NCBI GenBank assembly: GCA_003452395.1
Contig: DMOI01000014.1
Coordinates: 13,402 to 77,401, forward strand
Direction: 5' to 3'
Length of the DNA: 64,000 nt
Origin: Clostridiales bacterium
GTDB taxonomy: Bacteria; Bacillota; Clostridia; Lachnospirales; UBA12420
Shown here: positions 32,956 through 42,962 of the stretch, piece after piece
Numbering within the stretch: position 1 is the stretch's first letter
Layout of the letters: every line of letters starts with the position of its first letter
Position numbers and translations under genes: made by a program
The notes under the pieces: generated by a model
Database searches by the model: none
What the model was told of the DNA's origin: nothing
What the model saw: only the letters and a program-made list of their open reading frames with translations

Positions 32956-34127
32956 TCCTCCCTTGTAGCAGTCATCAATACTTTTTTACCTGCGGTTGTT
33001 CTTGTTGTAGCACCAAAAGTGTTCCACACTTGTTTAATTCTAATATTTTTGATTCCGCTTTGAGTAATTTTATAAGTATATACGTCTTCCGTGTACGATG
33101 TGTCATAAACATATGCATGGTTTTCTTTTTTTATCATTGGTAACCATACAGTCCCTCCATTTATACTTATATAAGGTATAACATCACCAATTGTATATCC
33201 AGTTGGTGCTTTCTTTGTCATCAAGAAGGTTAATTCCTTTATATCAAAATCAAAGGTTTTATTAAATACTACGTTTTCAAATTCTTGTATGGCATATGAT
33301 GTTACTCCAGTTGCATAAATTTCCGTAAATCTAACCCACCAGTCCGTGTATCCTGAACTTCCACCTGTATGTTCTATTACTATGTATTTCACATTTCTCA
33401 CACTACCAAAACTTATATTATTTTGATGAATACTCTGGCTTGTAATTGTATCATTTTGAGTTGTTCCTACTTGAACATTGTTACTATCATAAGCTTTATA
33501 TGTTAAAGTTGGACTTCTTGCACCATACCTCCATGTTACTAAAGTTGAAAAATTTATAGGAGTTGGGAATACAATTTTAAAGCTACCCAATACCCCTCCA
33601 GGATTGTAATATGTACCTCCTGTTGTTGTTGTATCCCCATCATATAATGAGCTTGGAGTACCATTCCATGTTCCAGTCAATGGAACTACACTATTTGGTC
33701 TAATATCTCCCATTGCGGTTGATGTTTCATTATTAGTTTGTATTGTTGTATTAATTGCTAAAGTTTCTGCATTATCTAAGTATGTAGAGTTTACAAGCGA
33801 TTGTGCGAATAGAGTTTCATATAACTTTTCAACATCATACATGAGTCCATCAACATTATTGTCGAGCTTTGTTACTGCATGTTTAACCTTTAAAGAAGTC
33901 ATATACTTTGTATCATCTATTCCAGCTTCAGCCTCTACTTGAGTTGCTTTATCTGGCATTACAGCTAGTGCCTGTTCAATTTGATTCATGTTTGCTGCAC
34001 TTACAGGAGTTCCTTCAGTACCTTTATATATTAGTTTAACATCCGATTGTATTACATTCCCTAATTGGTCAGTTATATCGTATTTATTCTGTCCATCTTT
34101 CCAAACTCTTGGTGTATACGGCATCAC
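32952..34127 (-). CDS. tail fibre / receptor-binding protein
   Basis: N-terminus YTPRVWKDGQNKYDIT...SAANMNQIEQAL is typical of phage fibre N-termini. The C-terminal beta-rich domain may bind carbohydrate. Confidence 0.45.
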   Translation of the reverse strand: MMPYTPRVWKDGQNKYDITDQLGNVIQSDVKLIYKGTEGTPVSAANMNQIEQALAVMPDKATQVEAEAGIDDTKYMTSLKVKHAVTKLDNNVDGLMYDVEKLYETLFAQSLVNSTYLDNAETLAINTTIQTNNETSTAMGDIRPNSVVPLTGTWNGTPSSLYDGDTTTTGGTYYNPGGVLGSFKIVFPTPINFSTLVTWRYGARSPTLTYKAYDSNNVQVGTTQNDTITSQSIHQNNISFGSVRNVKYIVIEHTGGSSGYTDWWVRFTEIYATGVTSYAIQEFENVVFNKTFDFDIKELTFLMTKKAPTGYTIGDVIPYISINGGTVWLPMIKKENHAYVYDTSYTEDVYTYKITQSGIKNIRIKQVWNTFGATTRTTAGKKVLMTATREE

Positions 34128-34465
34128 TGTTTCACCTCCACAGTCCAGTCTATATTTAGACTTTGAGTATTATCTTTATTTATTATTAGCGATTGTGTTG
34201 CATAGCACATACCACTGCCTAGAGTAGTTGTTGCTCCATTTCCATGTAAGCCTACTTCTACAATATTTCCATTGCCTTCATTTTCATTTAAATAGAAGGT
34301 ATAAACATTTTTTACTCCACTTACCTCTGTTATATCTGTTGCTAGCTTTCTAAAAAACTCACCATTTTTATCTCTCAAGCTCATAATAGTTATCTTGTCT
34401 ATTGTTTCTGCTATAACTTCATTAAGGACTAGAGCATTGCCTTGACTCGTTATCAAATCGATCAC
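34124..34465 (-). CDS. hypothetical tail-associated protein, 113 aa
   Basis: Assigned from its position in the tail module. Confidence 0.4.
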   Translation of the reverse strand: MIDLITSQGNALVLNEVIAETIDKITIMSLRDKNGEFFRKLATDITEVSGVKNVYTFYLNENEGNGNIVEVGLHGNGATTTLGSGMCYATQSLIINKDNTQSLNIDWTVEVKQ

Positions 34466-34467
34466 CT

Positions 34468-35874
34468 CTAAATTACAAAATTACCTACCATCATATTTGC
34501 TCCACCAACTAAATAATTGTGTAGATTATAGTTCATTTTCTCTTCAAGTTTCGGTACATTTATTGCATCATAATATACATTGTATTTTTCTACTAGCGTA
34601 TCACCGCTTGTACCGAATAACGCTGTCTCTATTTTAGCTATCCGTTTGTTCATGTTCTTTAGAATGCTTGCGATATCCATCTGTGTACTCTCGAGTGTTA
34701 TTTTTCTGTTCACCATTGCGATCTTGTTGATTGATTCGTAAGTTACATCTTTTATCAGTAGGTAGTCGTTGATATTTAGACTTGGTATTTCAATTTTTAC
34801 TAGTTCCCCTACTCTGTATATTCCGTTAAAAGGCTCTAGACTTCCATTGATAACTGGTTTTGAATACTTTTCAAGATAGTTTGCTCCCGTTTCCTTCGCT
34901 AGAAATTTATTATCAGTTTCTACGTCAAGGATATCTTCATATAAACCATACTGTCCTTGACTTACTTTATCCTCGAGCAATATTTTAATAGGATACTCAT
35001 ATCGATACACTATCGTTCCAGATCCCGATACACATAAATCAGGAACCAAGAGCTTTTCGTTTGAGTTTACCAAAAAGTCTTTAGTCCCTGCTTGAGTTAT
35101 GTTTTGTATTCCAAGTGTCTTTTGAATTCCACCAATCGTCACTGTTATTGTTTCATCATCTGCAACTCTCGGTGTATAGTGTAGTGATATTGGAATAGTT
35201 CCGCTTACAGTTATGTTTTGTGTGTATGGTAAGCTTAGTTTCTTCGAGCCTTTCACCCATAGCTTATTCACTAGCTTTTCAGCACTATGTGTAAATGTAG
35301 TAGTACCTCTCTTGTATTTATCAACTGTAAGTACATTTTCATTAATAGAATTGGCTGTTTTGGAGAAGTTGAGATCTAGATTTTCATCTATGCACCAGTC
35401 ATATCCTGTCAGGTTGCATATCTGTTCCATTGCATCCCAAAGGTAAGTATCAGCAAATCGTATCGTTAGATTACGTGTATTTCCTTGTATCTTGTTTCTC
35501 GTAACCCAAGGAACATATTTAGCAAATAGACTATTCACCACTGTACTCACTGGGATATTTGAATAGCTTTCAGATACTATTATTTTCTGTGTTTTTGCTG
35601 TATAGTCAAAGCCTTCAAGGGTAACTGATTTTACTAGATAATTACTTTTCTTCGGTGGGTTGGTAACATAACCTCTGAACTTATGACCGTCTTGATTTAT
35701 TTGTACATCTGTTCCGATAGTGTATTTACTGATATCATCATCTTTCTTGAATGGAAGTATTATGCTGAAACTTCCTGCTCTTTCTGTTTTAGAACTATTT
35801 ACTCTGCACGAGTCATAGTAAACTATGGTTTCAGCTTCTTGCTGCCCTGTTGGCTTTATCTTTATTTCAGTCAT
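34468..35874 (-). CDS. phage tail / baseplate component (distal-tail-protein position)
   Basis: 468 aa, immediately after the tape measure gene. Confidence 0.5.
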   Translation of the reverse strand: MTEIKIKPTGQQEAETIVYYDSCRVNSSKTERAGSFSIILPFKKDDDISKYTIGTDVQINQDGHKFRGYVTNPPKKSNYLVKSVTLEGFDYTAKTQKIIVSESYSNIPVSTVVNSLFAKYVPWVTRNKIQGNTRNLTIRFADTYLWDAMEQICNLTGYDWCIDENLDLNFSKTANSINENVLTVDKYKRGTTTFTHSAEKLVNKLWVKGSKKLSLPYTQNITVSGTIPISLHYTPRVADDETITVTIGGIQKTLGIQNITQAGTKDFLVNSNEKLLVPDLCVSGSGTIVYRYEYPIKILLEDKVSQGQYGLYEDILDVETDNKFLAKETGANYLEKYSKPVINGSLEPFNGIYRVGELVKIEIPSLNINDYLLIKDVTYESINKIAMVNRKITLESTQMDIASILKNMNKRIAKIETALFGTSGDTLVEKYNVYYDAINVPKLEEKMNYNLHNYLVGGANMMVGNFVI

Positions 35875-38594
35875 TACCTACCACCACCTATACTAAGTGA
35901 AAACCGAGTGCCTATCTTTCTACTAATAAAGTCCGTAAACTCTTCCATTCCACTACTTCCGACTATCGTCCCTTGATTGATTATTGTCAGGCTGTTTCCT
36001 GAACTACCTACCCCTGTCCCTGATACATTGATGTCTCCTGCTGTCCTCGTGACATCACTTGCAAGTGCTCCCATCGCCTTCGTTACCCTATTTTTATTTT
36101 GGTCAATACCAATCGCCATACCTTCTGCTGTGTATCTACCTATTTCCATCATTACACGGGATGGTGAGTGTATTCCTAATGCTGAACGTATTTTACCAGT
36201 AATTTGATCAGCTAGGTCTGAGACTACTTTTGCTACTTTGCTTATCATTGATTTAATACCGTCAATTAGCCCTTGGATGATATTTACCCCGTAATTGAAT
36301 AGTGTGCTTGGCAGGTTTTTGATCCAGTCTATCGCTTTCGTTATACCATCAGTGATTGCATCCCATATTCCTTTTGATACATTTTTAATGCCTTCCCAAA
36401 TGTTAGCGAACATGGACTTTATGCCTTCCCATGCAGAACCTGCTACACTCTTTATCGTTGTCCATACTCCTGCCAAGTATCCTGCTATGGCTTGGAGTGC
36501 TCCTGTAAATACAAGTTTGATACCTTCCCATATCTTCCCGAGCGCACCCTTGATATTCTCCCATATTCCTTTTGAATCTTCGCCTAACTTTGTGAAGTTA
36601 CCAGTCACCAAGTCAATGAGTAGCAATATTGATCCTAGGAATATGTTTTTTATTAGTTCCCATACACCTGAGAAATAGAGTTTCATACCATCAAATATCA
36701 TAAGAATTCCCTTGAAGAATCCGCCAAAGTTTTCTGCTATAACCTTTACGAAACCTATTACGATTTTTATTACTGACGAAGATAAGTCTTGCCATATCTT
36801 ACTTACAGTTGATAGTATTACATTAAATATTTCAGCTATCTTTTGCCCTGATTCTGTAAAAGATTGTGCTACCCAGTTCCACAAATTCGTGAAGAATTCC
36901 TGAATTGAACTCCAATTATTAATGATCAGGTACACCCCTGCTGCAAGTGCTGCTATCGCTGCTATTGCTATTCCAATTGGTCCAGTGATAACAGCCATTA
37001 CTCCACCTGCTACAGCTATCGCACTAGAGACGGCTGTGAATGCGGTAATGAGTGCGGATATTCCTGTGACCATCTGCCCTATAATGATCAAGACAGGCCC
37101 AATTGCGGCAACTATCCCAGCAATCACAAGTATTGTATTTTGGGTTGCAGGTGATAGTTTTGAAAACCAATCAGCAAGTTCTTGTATCTTCTTTGCTACT
37201 GCAGTAATTGCAGGTGCGAGTGCTTGCTGTATTTTGATTCCTGCTGTCTCAAGGCTTCCTGTCATTTGTTCAATGCTTGATTTTGTATTATCTTGCATTG
37301 TCTTAGCCATTTGTTTCGCTGCTCCATCACTTGTCTGTAAACTCTTAGTTAAATTGTCTAAATCCTTCGCGCCTGCTTGCATTAGTACCATCATACCCGA
37401 CATAGCTTCCTGACCAAATATCTGCGATACTACTTGCTGCTTTTGTTCATTTGTTAAGCCTGCTGTCGATTTGCTTAAGCTGTTTATGATCTGACTTAAA
37501 GATAGCATATTTCCCTTTGCATCAAATGCAGAAAAGTTAATAGATGCCATTGCTGTAGCCGCTTCTTTGCTTGGATCAGATAGTCTCGATAGCGCACCTC
37601 TCAGTGTTGTGCCTGCTTGGCTTCCTTGTATCCCTGCATTCGCCATGATACCTATAGATGCGGTGACTTCTTCAAGCGATATTCCTGCTTGGTGAGCAAT
37701 AGGAGCAACGTACTTCATTGCTTCTCCAATACTTGAAACGGATGCATTTGTGTCTGCGGAGGTTTTTGCAAGTACGTCTGCTACGTGACCCGAATTACTT
37801 GCTTCAAGTCCGAACCCTCTTAGTGTACTGGCTGCTATATCTGCACTACTTGCTAGGTCTTCACCGCTACTAGCCGCTAAATCTAACATTCCATCCATCG
37901 CTGACATAATTTCAGTAGTAGAGAATCCTGCAGAGGCTAGGTTTTCCATACCTTCTGCTGCCTGTTTAGCACTAAAGGCTGTATCTGATCCAAGTTGTAG
38001 TGCTTGGTCATTTAGTTTCTGAAACTCTTCCCCTGTCGCACCTGAGATTGCTTTCACTCTACTCATCTGTGCTTCAAAGTCATTTCCCACCATTACTGCC
38101 GCAGCCCCCAGACCTAATATGGGAGCTGTTACTTTTGTACTGAACTCTTTTCCTGCATCGGTCATTCCTTTGCCGAATTTATCGAGTTTCTTTGCTGCTT
38201 CTTCGGCTTGTTGACCGAATGATGAAAATCCATTTGCATCTCTTAACTGTTGTTCTAAGTTTTGCAATTCTTGTTCTGTCCTTGTTACTTCACGTTGGAA
38301 TGCCCGATACTGCCCTTCATTAATTTCACCATTTGCAAATTGCTGGTTAACTTGCTGTTGTGATAACTTTAATGTATCTAGCTTGTCCTTAGTATTTTCT
38401 ATTGCCTTTGCTAGTAATTGTTGTTTCTGCAACACCATTTCTGTATTACCAGGGTCTAGTTTAAGCAACTTATCAACTTGTTTTAATTCTGATTGTAGGT
38501 CTCTAGATTGCTTATTTACACCGCTTAGTGCTTTGTCAAGTCCTGTGGTTTCAGCACCTATAACAATATTGAGTCCTTTGATTGTTTCAGCCAT
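35874..38594 (-). CDS. tail tape measure protein
   Basis: 906 aa. N-terminal coiled coil. MSRVKAISGATGEEFQKLNDQALQLGSDTAFSAKQAAEGMENLASAGF tape-measure domain. Hydrophobic G/A-rich core. Repeated W-x-x-I-K motifs. Confidence 0.85.
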   Translation of the reverse strand: MAETIKGLNIVIGAETTGLDKALSGVNKQSRDLQSELKQVDKLLKLDPGNTEMVLQKQQLLAKAIENTKDKLDTLKLSQQQVNQQFANGEINEGQYRAFQREVTRTEQELQNLEQQLRDANGFSSFGQQAEEAAKKLDKFGKGMTDAGKEFSTKVTAPILGLGAAAVMVGNDFEAQMSRVKAISGATGEEFQKLNDQALQLGSDTAFSAKQAAEGMENLASAGFSTTEIMSAMDGMLDLAASSGEDLASSADIAASTLRGFGLEASNSGHVADVLAKTSADTNASVSSIGEAMKYVAPIAHQAGISLEEVTASIGIMANAGIQGSQAGTTLRGALSRLSDPSKEAATAMASINFSAFDAKGNMLSLSQIINSLSKSTAGLTNEQKQQVVSQIFGQEAMSGMMVLMQAGAKDLDNLTKSLQTSDGAAKQMAKTMQDNTKSSIEQMTGSLETAGIKIQQALAPAITAVAKKIQELADWFSKLSPATQNTILVIAGIVAAIGPVLIIIGQMVTGISALITAFTAVSSAIAVAGGVMAVITGPIGIAIAAIAALAAGVYLIINNWSSIQEFFTNLWNWVAQSFTESGQKIAEIFNVILSTVSKIWQDLSSSVIKIVIGFVKVIAENFGGFFKGILMIFDGMKLYFSGVWELIKNIFLGSILLLIDLVTGNFTKLGEDSKGIWENIKGALGKIWEGIKLVFTGALQAIAGYLAGVWTTIKSVAGSAWEGIKSMFANIWEGIKNVSKGIWDAITDGITKAIDWIKNLPSTLFNYGVNIIQGLIDGIKSMISKVAKVVSDLADQITGKIRSALGIHSPSRVMMEIGRYTAEGMAIGIDQNKNRVTKAMGALASDVTRTAGDINVSGTGVGSSGNSLTIINQGTIVGSSGMEEFTDFISRKIGTRFSLSIGGGR

Positions 38595-38608
38595 TGTTCT
38601 ATCACCCC

Positions 38609-38827
38609 CTAGGCATAGAATGTATCAATATCTGTTTGATTTGCTTGTCTGCTTTTTTGTGTACTGTTTCCGTTGTAGATTCTAGCAAACTTTAAAATGT
38701 CACCAACTCGTAATTGATTTATTTCCTCAAAGTTAAGTCCTGACTTTTTCCCTATCACCAAGATTGTTAGTTCTATATTTTCATCTACTTCATTACTATT
38801 TGCTTCTTGTTGGTGTGTACTTTCCAC
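38609..38827 (-). CDS. tail assembly chaperone extension (T-like part, reached by frameshift)
   Basis: Overlaps the chaperone by 32 nt in its +1 frame. Directly preceded by a T6 run. Confidence 0.5.
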   Translation of the reverse strand: MESTHQQEANSNEVDENIELTILVIGKKSGLNFEEINQLRVGDILKFARIYNGNSTQKSRQANQTDIDTFYA

Positions 38828-39140
38828 GAAAAAAGCCTGCTGCCGCTTCCTCCATAGTCACTTCATAAAGTGCTGTATCTGATAAATCGATACTCTCAAA
38901 CGAACCTAACCAGTCCATAAAGTTTGGGAACGACTGTGGATACGAGTCTGATTTATTCATTGCCCATATCATCTGTAAGAACAGTGTCGTGTCTAAGTTC
39001 ACCATACTGTCTTTTATCTTTTCTAGCTTTGCCATGTCCCCCATGAAGTCGCTTTTAAATTCTTGTTTATAAAACAAAAGAGTTAGAGGTGTCGCCCTAA
39101 CTCTTATCTCCTTATCTCCTATTTTTAAATCTCTAGCCAT
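38796..39140 (-). CDS. tail assembly chaperone (G-like)
   Basis: 114 aa, between the major tail and tape measure genes. Confidence 0.6.
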   Translation of the reverse strand: MARDLKIGDKEIRVRATPLTLLFYKQEFKSDFMGDMAKLEKIKDSMVNLDTTLFLQMIWAMNKSDSYPQSFPNFMDWLGSFESIDLSDTALYEVTMEEAAAGFFRGKYTPTRSK

Positions 39141-39157
39141 ATGTATTTCCCTCCATC

Positions 39158-39742
39158 TTATTCGAATATTGGTTTATAAACTGAATTGAAGAACGCATTA
39201 TATGTTGTCGCATTTGTTGCATTCAGTTCAAGTGTTCCTTTTGTTATTTTCTTACCTGCGATATCTACTGGAACTATCGTGAGTGACAGTGTATCTGTTG
39301 CAGGATCAAGATTTTCTCCCTTGGTATTATGTTCCTTTGATGGTCTTTGTGCTGTGCATGAATAGTACACAAATCTTCTGCTCTTTTGATCTCCCTGAAC
39401 TTGTCCGAGTAATGCAAATTCCTTTGGTGTTGCATCTGCTTCCTCAACTAACATTCCATTATCATCAACTGACCATCCCATCATTTCCTGCAATATTGCA
39501 TCTGGAATTAAAGCCATTTCTAGTTCTGCCTGATATCCATTGTTTGCTGTGACAACGAAGTATGCAGAGTTATCGGCATAGAATGTATTGCTATCACCTT
39601 GTGCCTGTGGTGAAAATTTTACTGCACCTGCTATCGCTACTGGTGTTTTCCATATTGGCTGAGTTCCCACCTCAGTATAGTCTCTAAATGCGATATGTAC
39701 GTTTTGTAACCCATAAACTACTTTGTTTTCTGACATTTGCAT
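39158..39742 (-). CDS. major tail protein
   Basis: 194 aa. Position and size fit a phi13-type tail protein. Confidence 0.55.
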   Translation of the reverse strand: MQMSENKVVYGLQNVHIAFRDYTEVGTQPIWKTPVAIAGAVKFSPQAQGDSNTFYADNSAYFVVTANNGYQAELEMALIPDAILQEMMGWSVDDNGMLVEEADATPKEFALLGQVQGDQKSRRFVYYSCTAQRPSKEHNTKGENLDPATDTLSLTIVPVDIAGKKITKGTLELNATNATTYNAFFNSVYKPIFE

Positions 39743-39749
39743 GCCCTCC

Positions 39750-40064
39750 TTATATTAATTGAATTGTGTAAACAATTTGATATAGCTTTTCTTCACTGAT
39801 TCTCGATTCGTATTTCGAATATACCAAACCGTTTAACTTGAATACATCCTGCACCAATTTCTCGGTAACAGGACTCTTTTTGTCTGTATAAAGTTCCACT
39901 TGATACCCGCTGATGTCTACATAGTTTTGATTGTCAGCCTTGATATCTGCTGAACTAGAAAATTGATAGGTTATAAATGGCGCATTCACTTCCTCTTCAA
40001 ACTCTCCATATACTATGGGTATGCTTGTTGTTTCAAGTGCTGTAACTAGCTCTTCTTGTGTCAT
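39750..40064 (-). CDS. tail completion / head-tail joining protein
   Basis: Assigned from position only. Confidence 0.35.
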   Translation of the reverse strand: MTQEELVTALETTSIPIVYGEFEEEVNAPFITYQFSSSADIKADNQNYVDISGYQVELYTDKKSPVTEKLVQDVFKLNGLVYSKYESRISEEKLYQIVYTIQLI

Positions 40065-40448
40065 CTATCTACCACCTGACCTTATAATTTGTTTTAGTCT
40101 ATCGGTTAGAGTTACTCCATACTTTTCATAAGCCTTTGCCATGTGTGGGAATGCTCTTGTCCTTCCTCCACCTCTTTTTGCATGTCCGAATTCTAGCAAG
40201 TGTACAAGTCTATAGTATTTTTTGTTCCATACTACTGCTCTATTAATATGTGGAGCTGTTATGTTTGACTTTTTAAAGCCTTTAACATAGTTTCCATGTT
40301 TTTTTGGTGCTGTTATCTCAACTTCTGCAAGTATTTTTTCTGCTGTTTCATTTACCTCTTCAGCTATCCCGTTTGACACATCCTCGGTATACTCTTTCAT
40401 CGCACTTACGATTTCATTTGCTAGATTACCAATTGATATATTTATCAT
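40065..40448 (-). CDS. HK97 gp10-family morphogenesis protein
   Basis: LLEFGHAKRGGGRTRAFPHMAKAYE region. Confidence 0.5.
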   Translation of the reverse strand: MINISIGNLANEIVSAMKEYTEDVSNGIAEEVNETAEKILAEVEITAPKKHGNYVKGFKKSNITAPHINRAVVWNKKYYRLVHLLEFGHAKRGGGRTRAFPHMAKAYEKYGVTLTDRLKQIIRSGGR

Positions 40449-40450
40449 GG

Positions 40451-40750
40451 CTATCTAATCCTTTCACATACGAGTTCTACTTCTTCAAAGTCAGTAGCGT
40501 ATGTACGGATCACGTTATATACCACATCTTCAAAGTTTACTTGCTTTTCCTCATTGTACTCATATCCATGAACTACAAAAATAATTTCAGGCTTTAATCC
40601 TGATTTTGCACTGTTATAAAATTCACTCCTACTTACCGATTTAATTTTGCATAAGACCGTTGTTTCTTTTAATGTTGGTATCTGATTTCCTATAGAATCT
40701 TTTGTGTAACCTTCGCTTCCCATTAGTTTTAACTCATAGTCATATGTCAT
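40451..40750 (-). CDS. head closure / head-tail adaptor protein
   Basis: 99 aa. Position plus the SVSRSEFYNSAKSGLKPEIIFVVHGYEY pattern. Confidence 0.5.
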   Translation of the reverse strand: MTYDYELKLMGSEGYTKDSIGNQIPTLKETTVLCKIKSVSRSEFYNSAKSGLKPEIIFVVHGYEYNEEKQVNFEDVVYNVIRTYATDFEEVELVCERIR

Positions 40751-41016
40751 TCCGTACCACCTCCCGTGTGTATTACGAGGTTATGTAATCTAAACTGCAA
40801 ATGCCTTGGTATTGCATCACTATCTTTGTTTTCATATCGCCACGCTGTATAGTCAACTATAAACATTTGATGATAGGAATTGGTCAAATTAATGACCAAC
40901 CCTTTCTCATCTTCTAGTTCTGTTTTTATGCCACTTGCTATAGCAGCTATATATGTATCTCTTACGTTAGTGGTTATCCCCAGTTTGCTTTTTATCAAGC
41001 TAACGATTAACTCCAT
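40747..41016 (-). CDS. gp6-like head-tail connector protein
   Basis: 89 aa, directly after the capsid gene. Confidence 0.5.
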   Translation of the reverse strand: MELIVSLIKSKLGITTNVRDTYIAAIASGIKTELEDEKGLVINLTNSYHQMFIVDYTAWRYENKDSDAIPRHLQFRLHNLVIHTGGGTE

Positions 41017-41028
41017 TTATACCACCTC

Positions 41029-42387
41029 TTATTCATTGGCTGCGTCTGTTGCAAACGTTGCAGCTACTGTCGGAGCTGTATTGTTTAGTCCTATCAACAC
41101 GAATGCACCCTTTCTTACTGGTTTTCCATCGTATCTTGCTGTTGCTTTAAATACTGTCTTGTCACTTGTAAACAAGAACTCTGTTGAACTTGCTGTTTTA
41201 ACATCTGCTCTTTCTGCAAGCAAGTATTTTGTGAAGTCTCCTGCGATGATGTTATTTTCAGGTATTTCTTCACTAAATACTACTTTATATCCGACACCAG
41301 GGAATGCTTGTCCACTCACTGTGACAAATGCACCAGAAGCATTGCTCGCTAATGACATTGGTACGATTGTACCTAACCATGTTGCTTCGTTCATTGCTAT
41401 TGTTATTGGCCCTCTTCCTCTTCTACCTCTTTTGATGAACTTCATTGCTTCAATTATCTTTGCAAACTTGGTATCAGCTACTGATAAAGTTATAATGTTT
41501 GTAGTTCTAAGTCCCTTGTCTGGATCATCATCAACAAAGTCTGCATGAATTGCTGGTACAATACCTAGAGGCATCTTCGTTCCTGTTCCGTATAGAATTG
41601 CTTTGTCTAGTGCTATTGCTATTGATTCTTTTAATAGTTCCTCAACATGTGAAGCTAAGTTGACCATTGAATCTTCAATTAATGAATTGTCTAGTGGAAT
41701 GAATCCTCCAACTTTATATCCATCAACTTCAACATCTGTAAACAATGAAGCTAATTCATTCAGTTTTCCAACCATCTCTGTCCATATTGCTTCTGGAGCT
41801 TCTCCTGAGATAATTGCTCTTCCTTCTCCTGTTAGTTTTGCTTTCCTTACTAAATCGTAGAACACAGAGTATCTTCCTAGATCATCTGTAATTGTATCTA
41901 GTAAGATTTGTGGGATTGTTAGGTCTAGTCCACTTATGCTTCTCTTTTGCACTGCCTGACTTAAGTTTGTATAGAAGCTTCTTACATCTTCTTTGTTTAG
42001 TCTTTCAATCACTAGCTCTCTTGCATTTAGTTTATTTTCTCTCATTCTTGTATTCCCCCTATCGATATTTGATTTTTTTCTTTCTTCTGAATTTTCAGAA
42101 GTTTTATTTTTTTCAGGTCCCTTTGTGATGATCTCATTTAGTTCATCCTCTAGTCCTGCTATTTCTCTTTCAAGTGCTGTCTTCTTCTCTTCATTTTCTG
42201 TCTTTTCAGTTTCTAGTTTTGTTATTTCTTCTTCGATCACTGTAATTTCCTCATCTGTTTTAGCCTCATCAATAGATGTTGACAATTCTTGATTCCTCAC
42301 TTTAAATTCATTTTCTTTTTCTATCAACCCACCAAGAATTGATTTTCTTTGCTGGATCTTTTTATTAAGCATTAATTGTTTTAGCAT
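41029..42387 (-). CDS. major capsid protein, HK97 family, with N-terminal coiled-coil delta domain
   Basis: 452 aa. Follows the prohead protease. N-terminal E/K-rich coiled coil. Confidence 0.8.
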   Translation of the reverse strand: MLKQLMLNKKIQQRKSILGGLIEKENEFKVRNQELSTSIDEAKTDEEITVIEEEITKLETEKTENEEKKTALEREIAGLEDELNEIITKGPEKNKTSENSEERKKSNIDRGNTRMRENKLNARELVIERLNKEDVRSFYTNLSQAVQKRSISGLDLTIPQILLDTITDDLGRYSVFYDLVRKAKLTGEGRAIISGEAPEAIWTEMVGKLNELASLFTDVEVDGYKVGGFIPLDNSLIEDSMVNLASHVEELLKESIAIALDKAILYGTGTKMPLGIVPAIHADFVDDDPDKGLRTTNIITLSVADTKFAKIIEAMKFIKRGRRGRGPITIAMNEATWLGTIVPMSLASNASGAFVTVSGQAFPGVGYKVVFSEEIPENNIIAGDFTKYLLAERADVKTASSTEFLFTSDKTVFKATARYDGKPVRKGAFVLIGLNNTAPTVAATFATDAANE

Positions 42388-42962
42388 ATCTTCAACCTCT
42401 CTTTCAAATTTAGTTTTTTGTGTTCAAGTCTTTTTTCTAAGAAGCTTGCATAATCTTTTTTTCTTGCTTGTACTCCTGTCTCTGCATAAGCAGGAAATGT
42501 ACATACACTCACTTCGTGTAGATCAACTTCTGTAATTCTCCATTTAATAGTTCCGTCATCTCTGTAGTCAGTTTCCTCCGCTAATATGTTGAACCCAAAG
42601 CTACACTGACTTACATCCCCACGTTTTACTCTCTCATAAATATTGACTGCATCGGTATCGTTTTCGTTGATTACAATTCTCCCCCATAGTCCTCTGCTAT
42701 CAACTTTGAGTTCTAGCGTTCCAGCCTTGTTTCTACCTAATACTAGTGTTGTATCATGGTTTATAAGAGCTCTTATGTCATTGCTTAATGTCTTATCAAA
42801 TGCCCTTGCTTCTAGTTCTTCAAATGCACCTTTCCACAACTCTGTTTCTGCATTAAATACTGCGAAGTACCCTTCAATAACTTTCTGTTCTGTCTCTCCT
42901 CTAACCTTTAGTTCTGACTGCAAACTTCTTGTTTGAATCTCTTCTCTATTCACCCTTATCAC
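42381..42962 (-). CDS. HK97-family prohead protease
   Basis: 193 aa. IEGYFAVFN...GAFEE...INHD pattern. Lies between the portal and capsid genes. Confidence 0.75.
   Translation of the reverse strand: MIRVNREEIQTRSLQSELKVRGETEQKVIEGYFAVFNAETELWKGAFEELEARAFDKTLSNDIRALINHDTTLVLGRNKAGTLELKVDSRGLWGRIVINENDTDAVNIYERVKRGDVSQCSFGFNILAEETDYRDDGTIKWRITEVDLHEVSVCTFPAYAETGVQARKKDYASFLEKRLEHKKLNLKERLKIC

Noticed and set aside
40880-41548. 222-aa plus-strand ORF, and similar ones at 36922-37413, 36295-36678, 43250-43636 and 18327-18737.
   Set aside because: These are antisense shadows of well-supported minus-strand phage or cargo genes. Their translations are low-complexity and S/L/I/F-rich, with no SD sequences or motifs.
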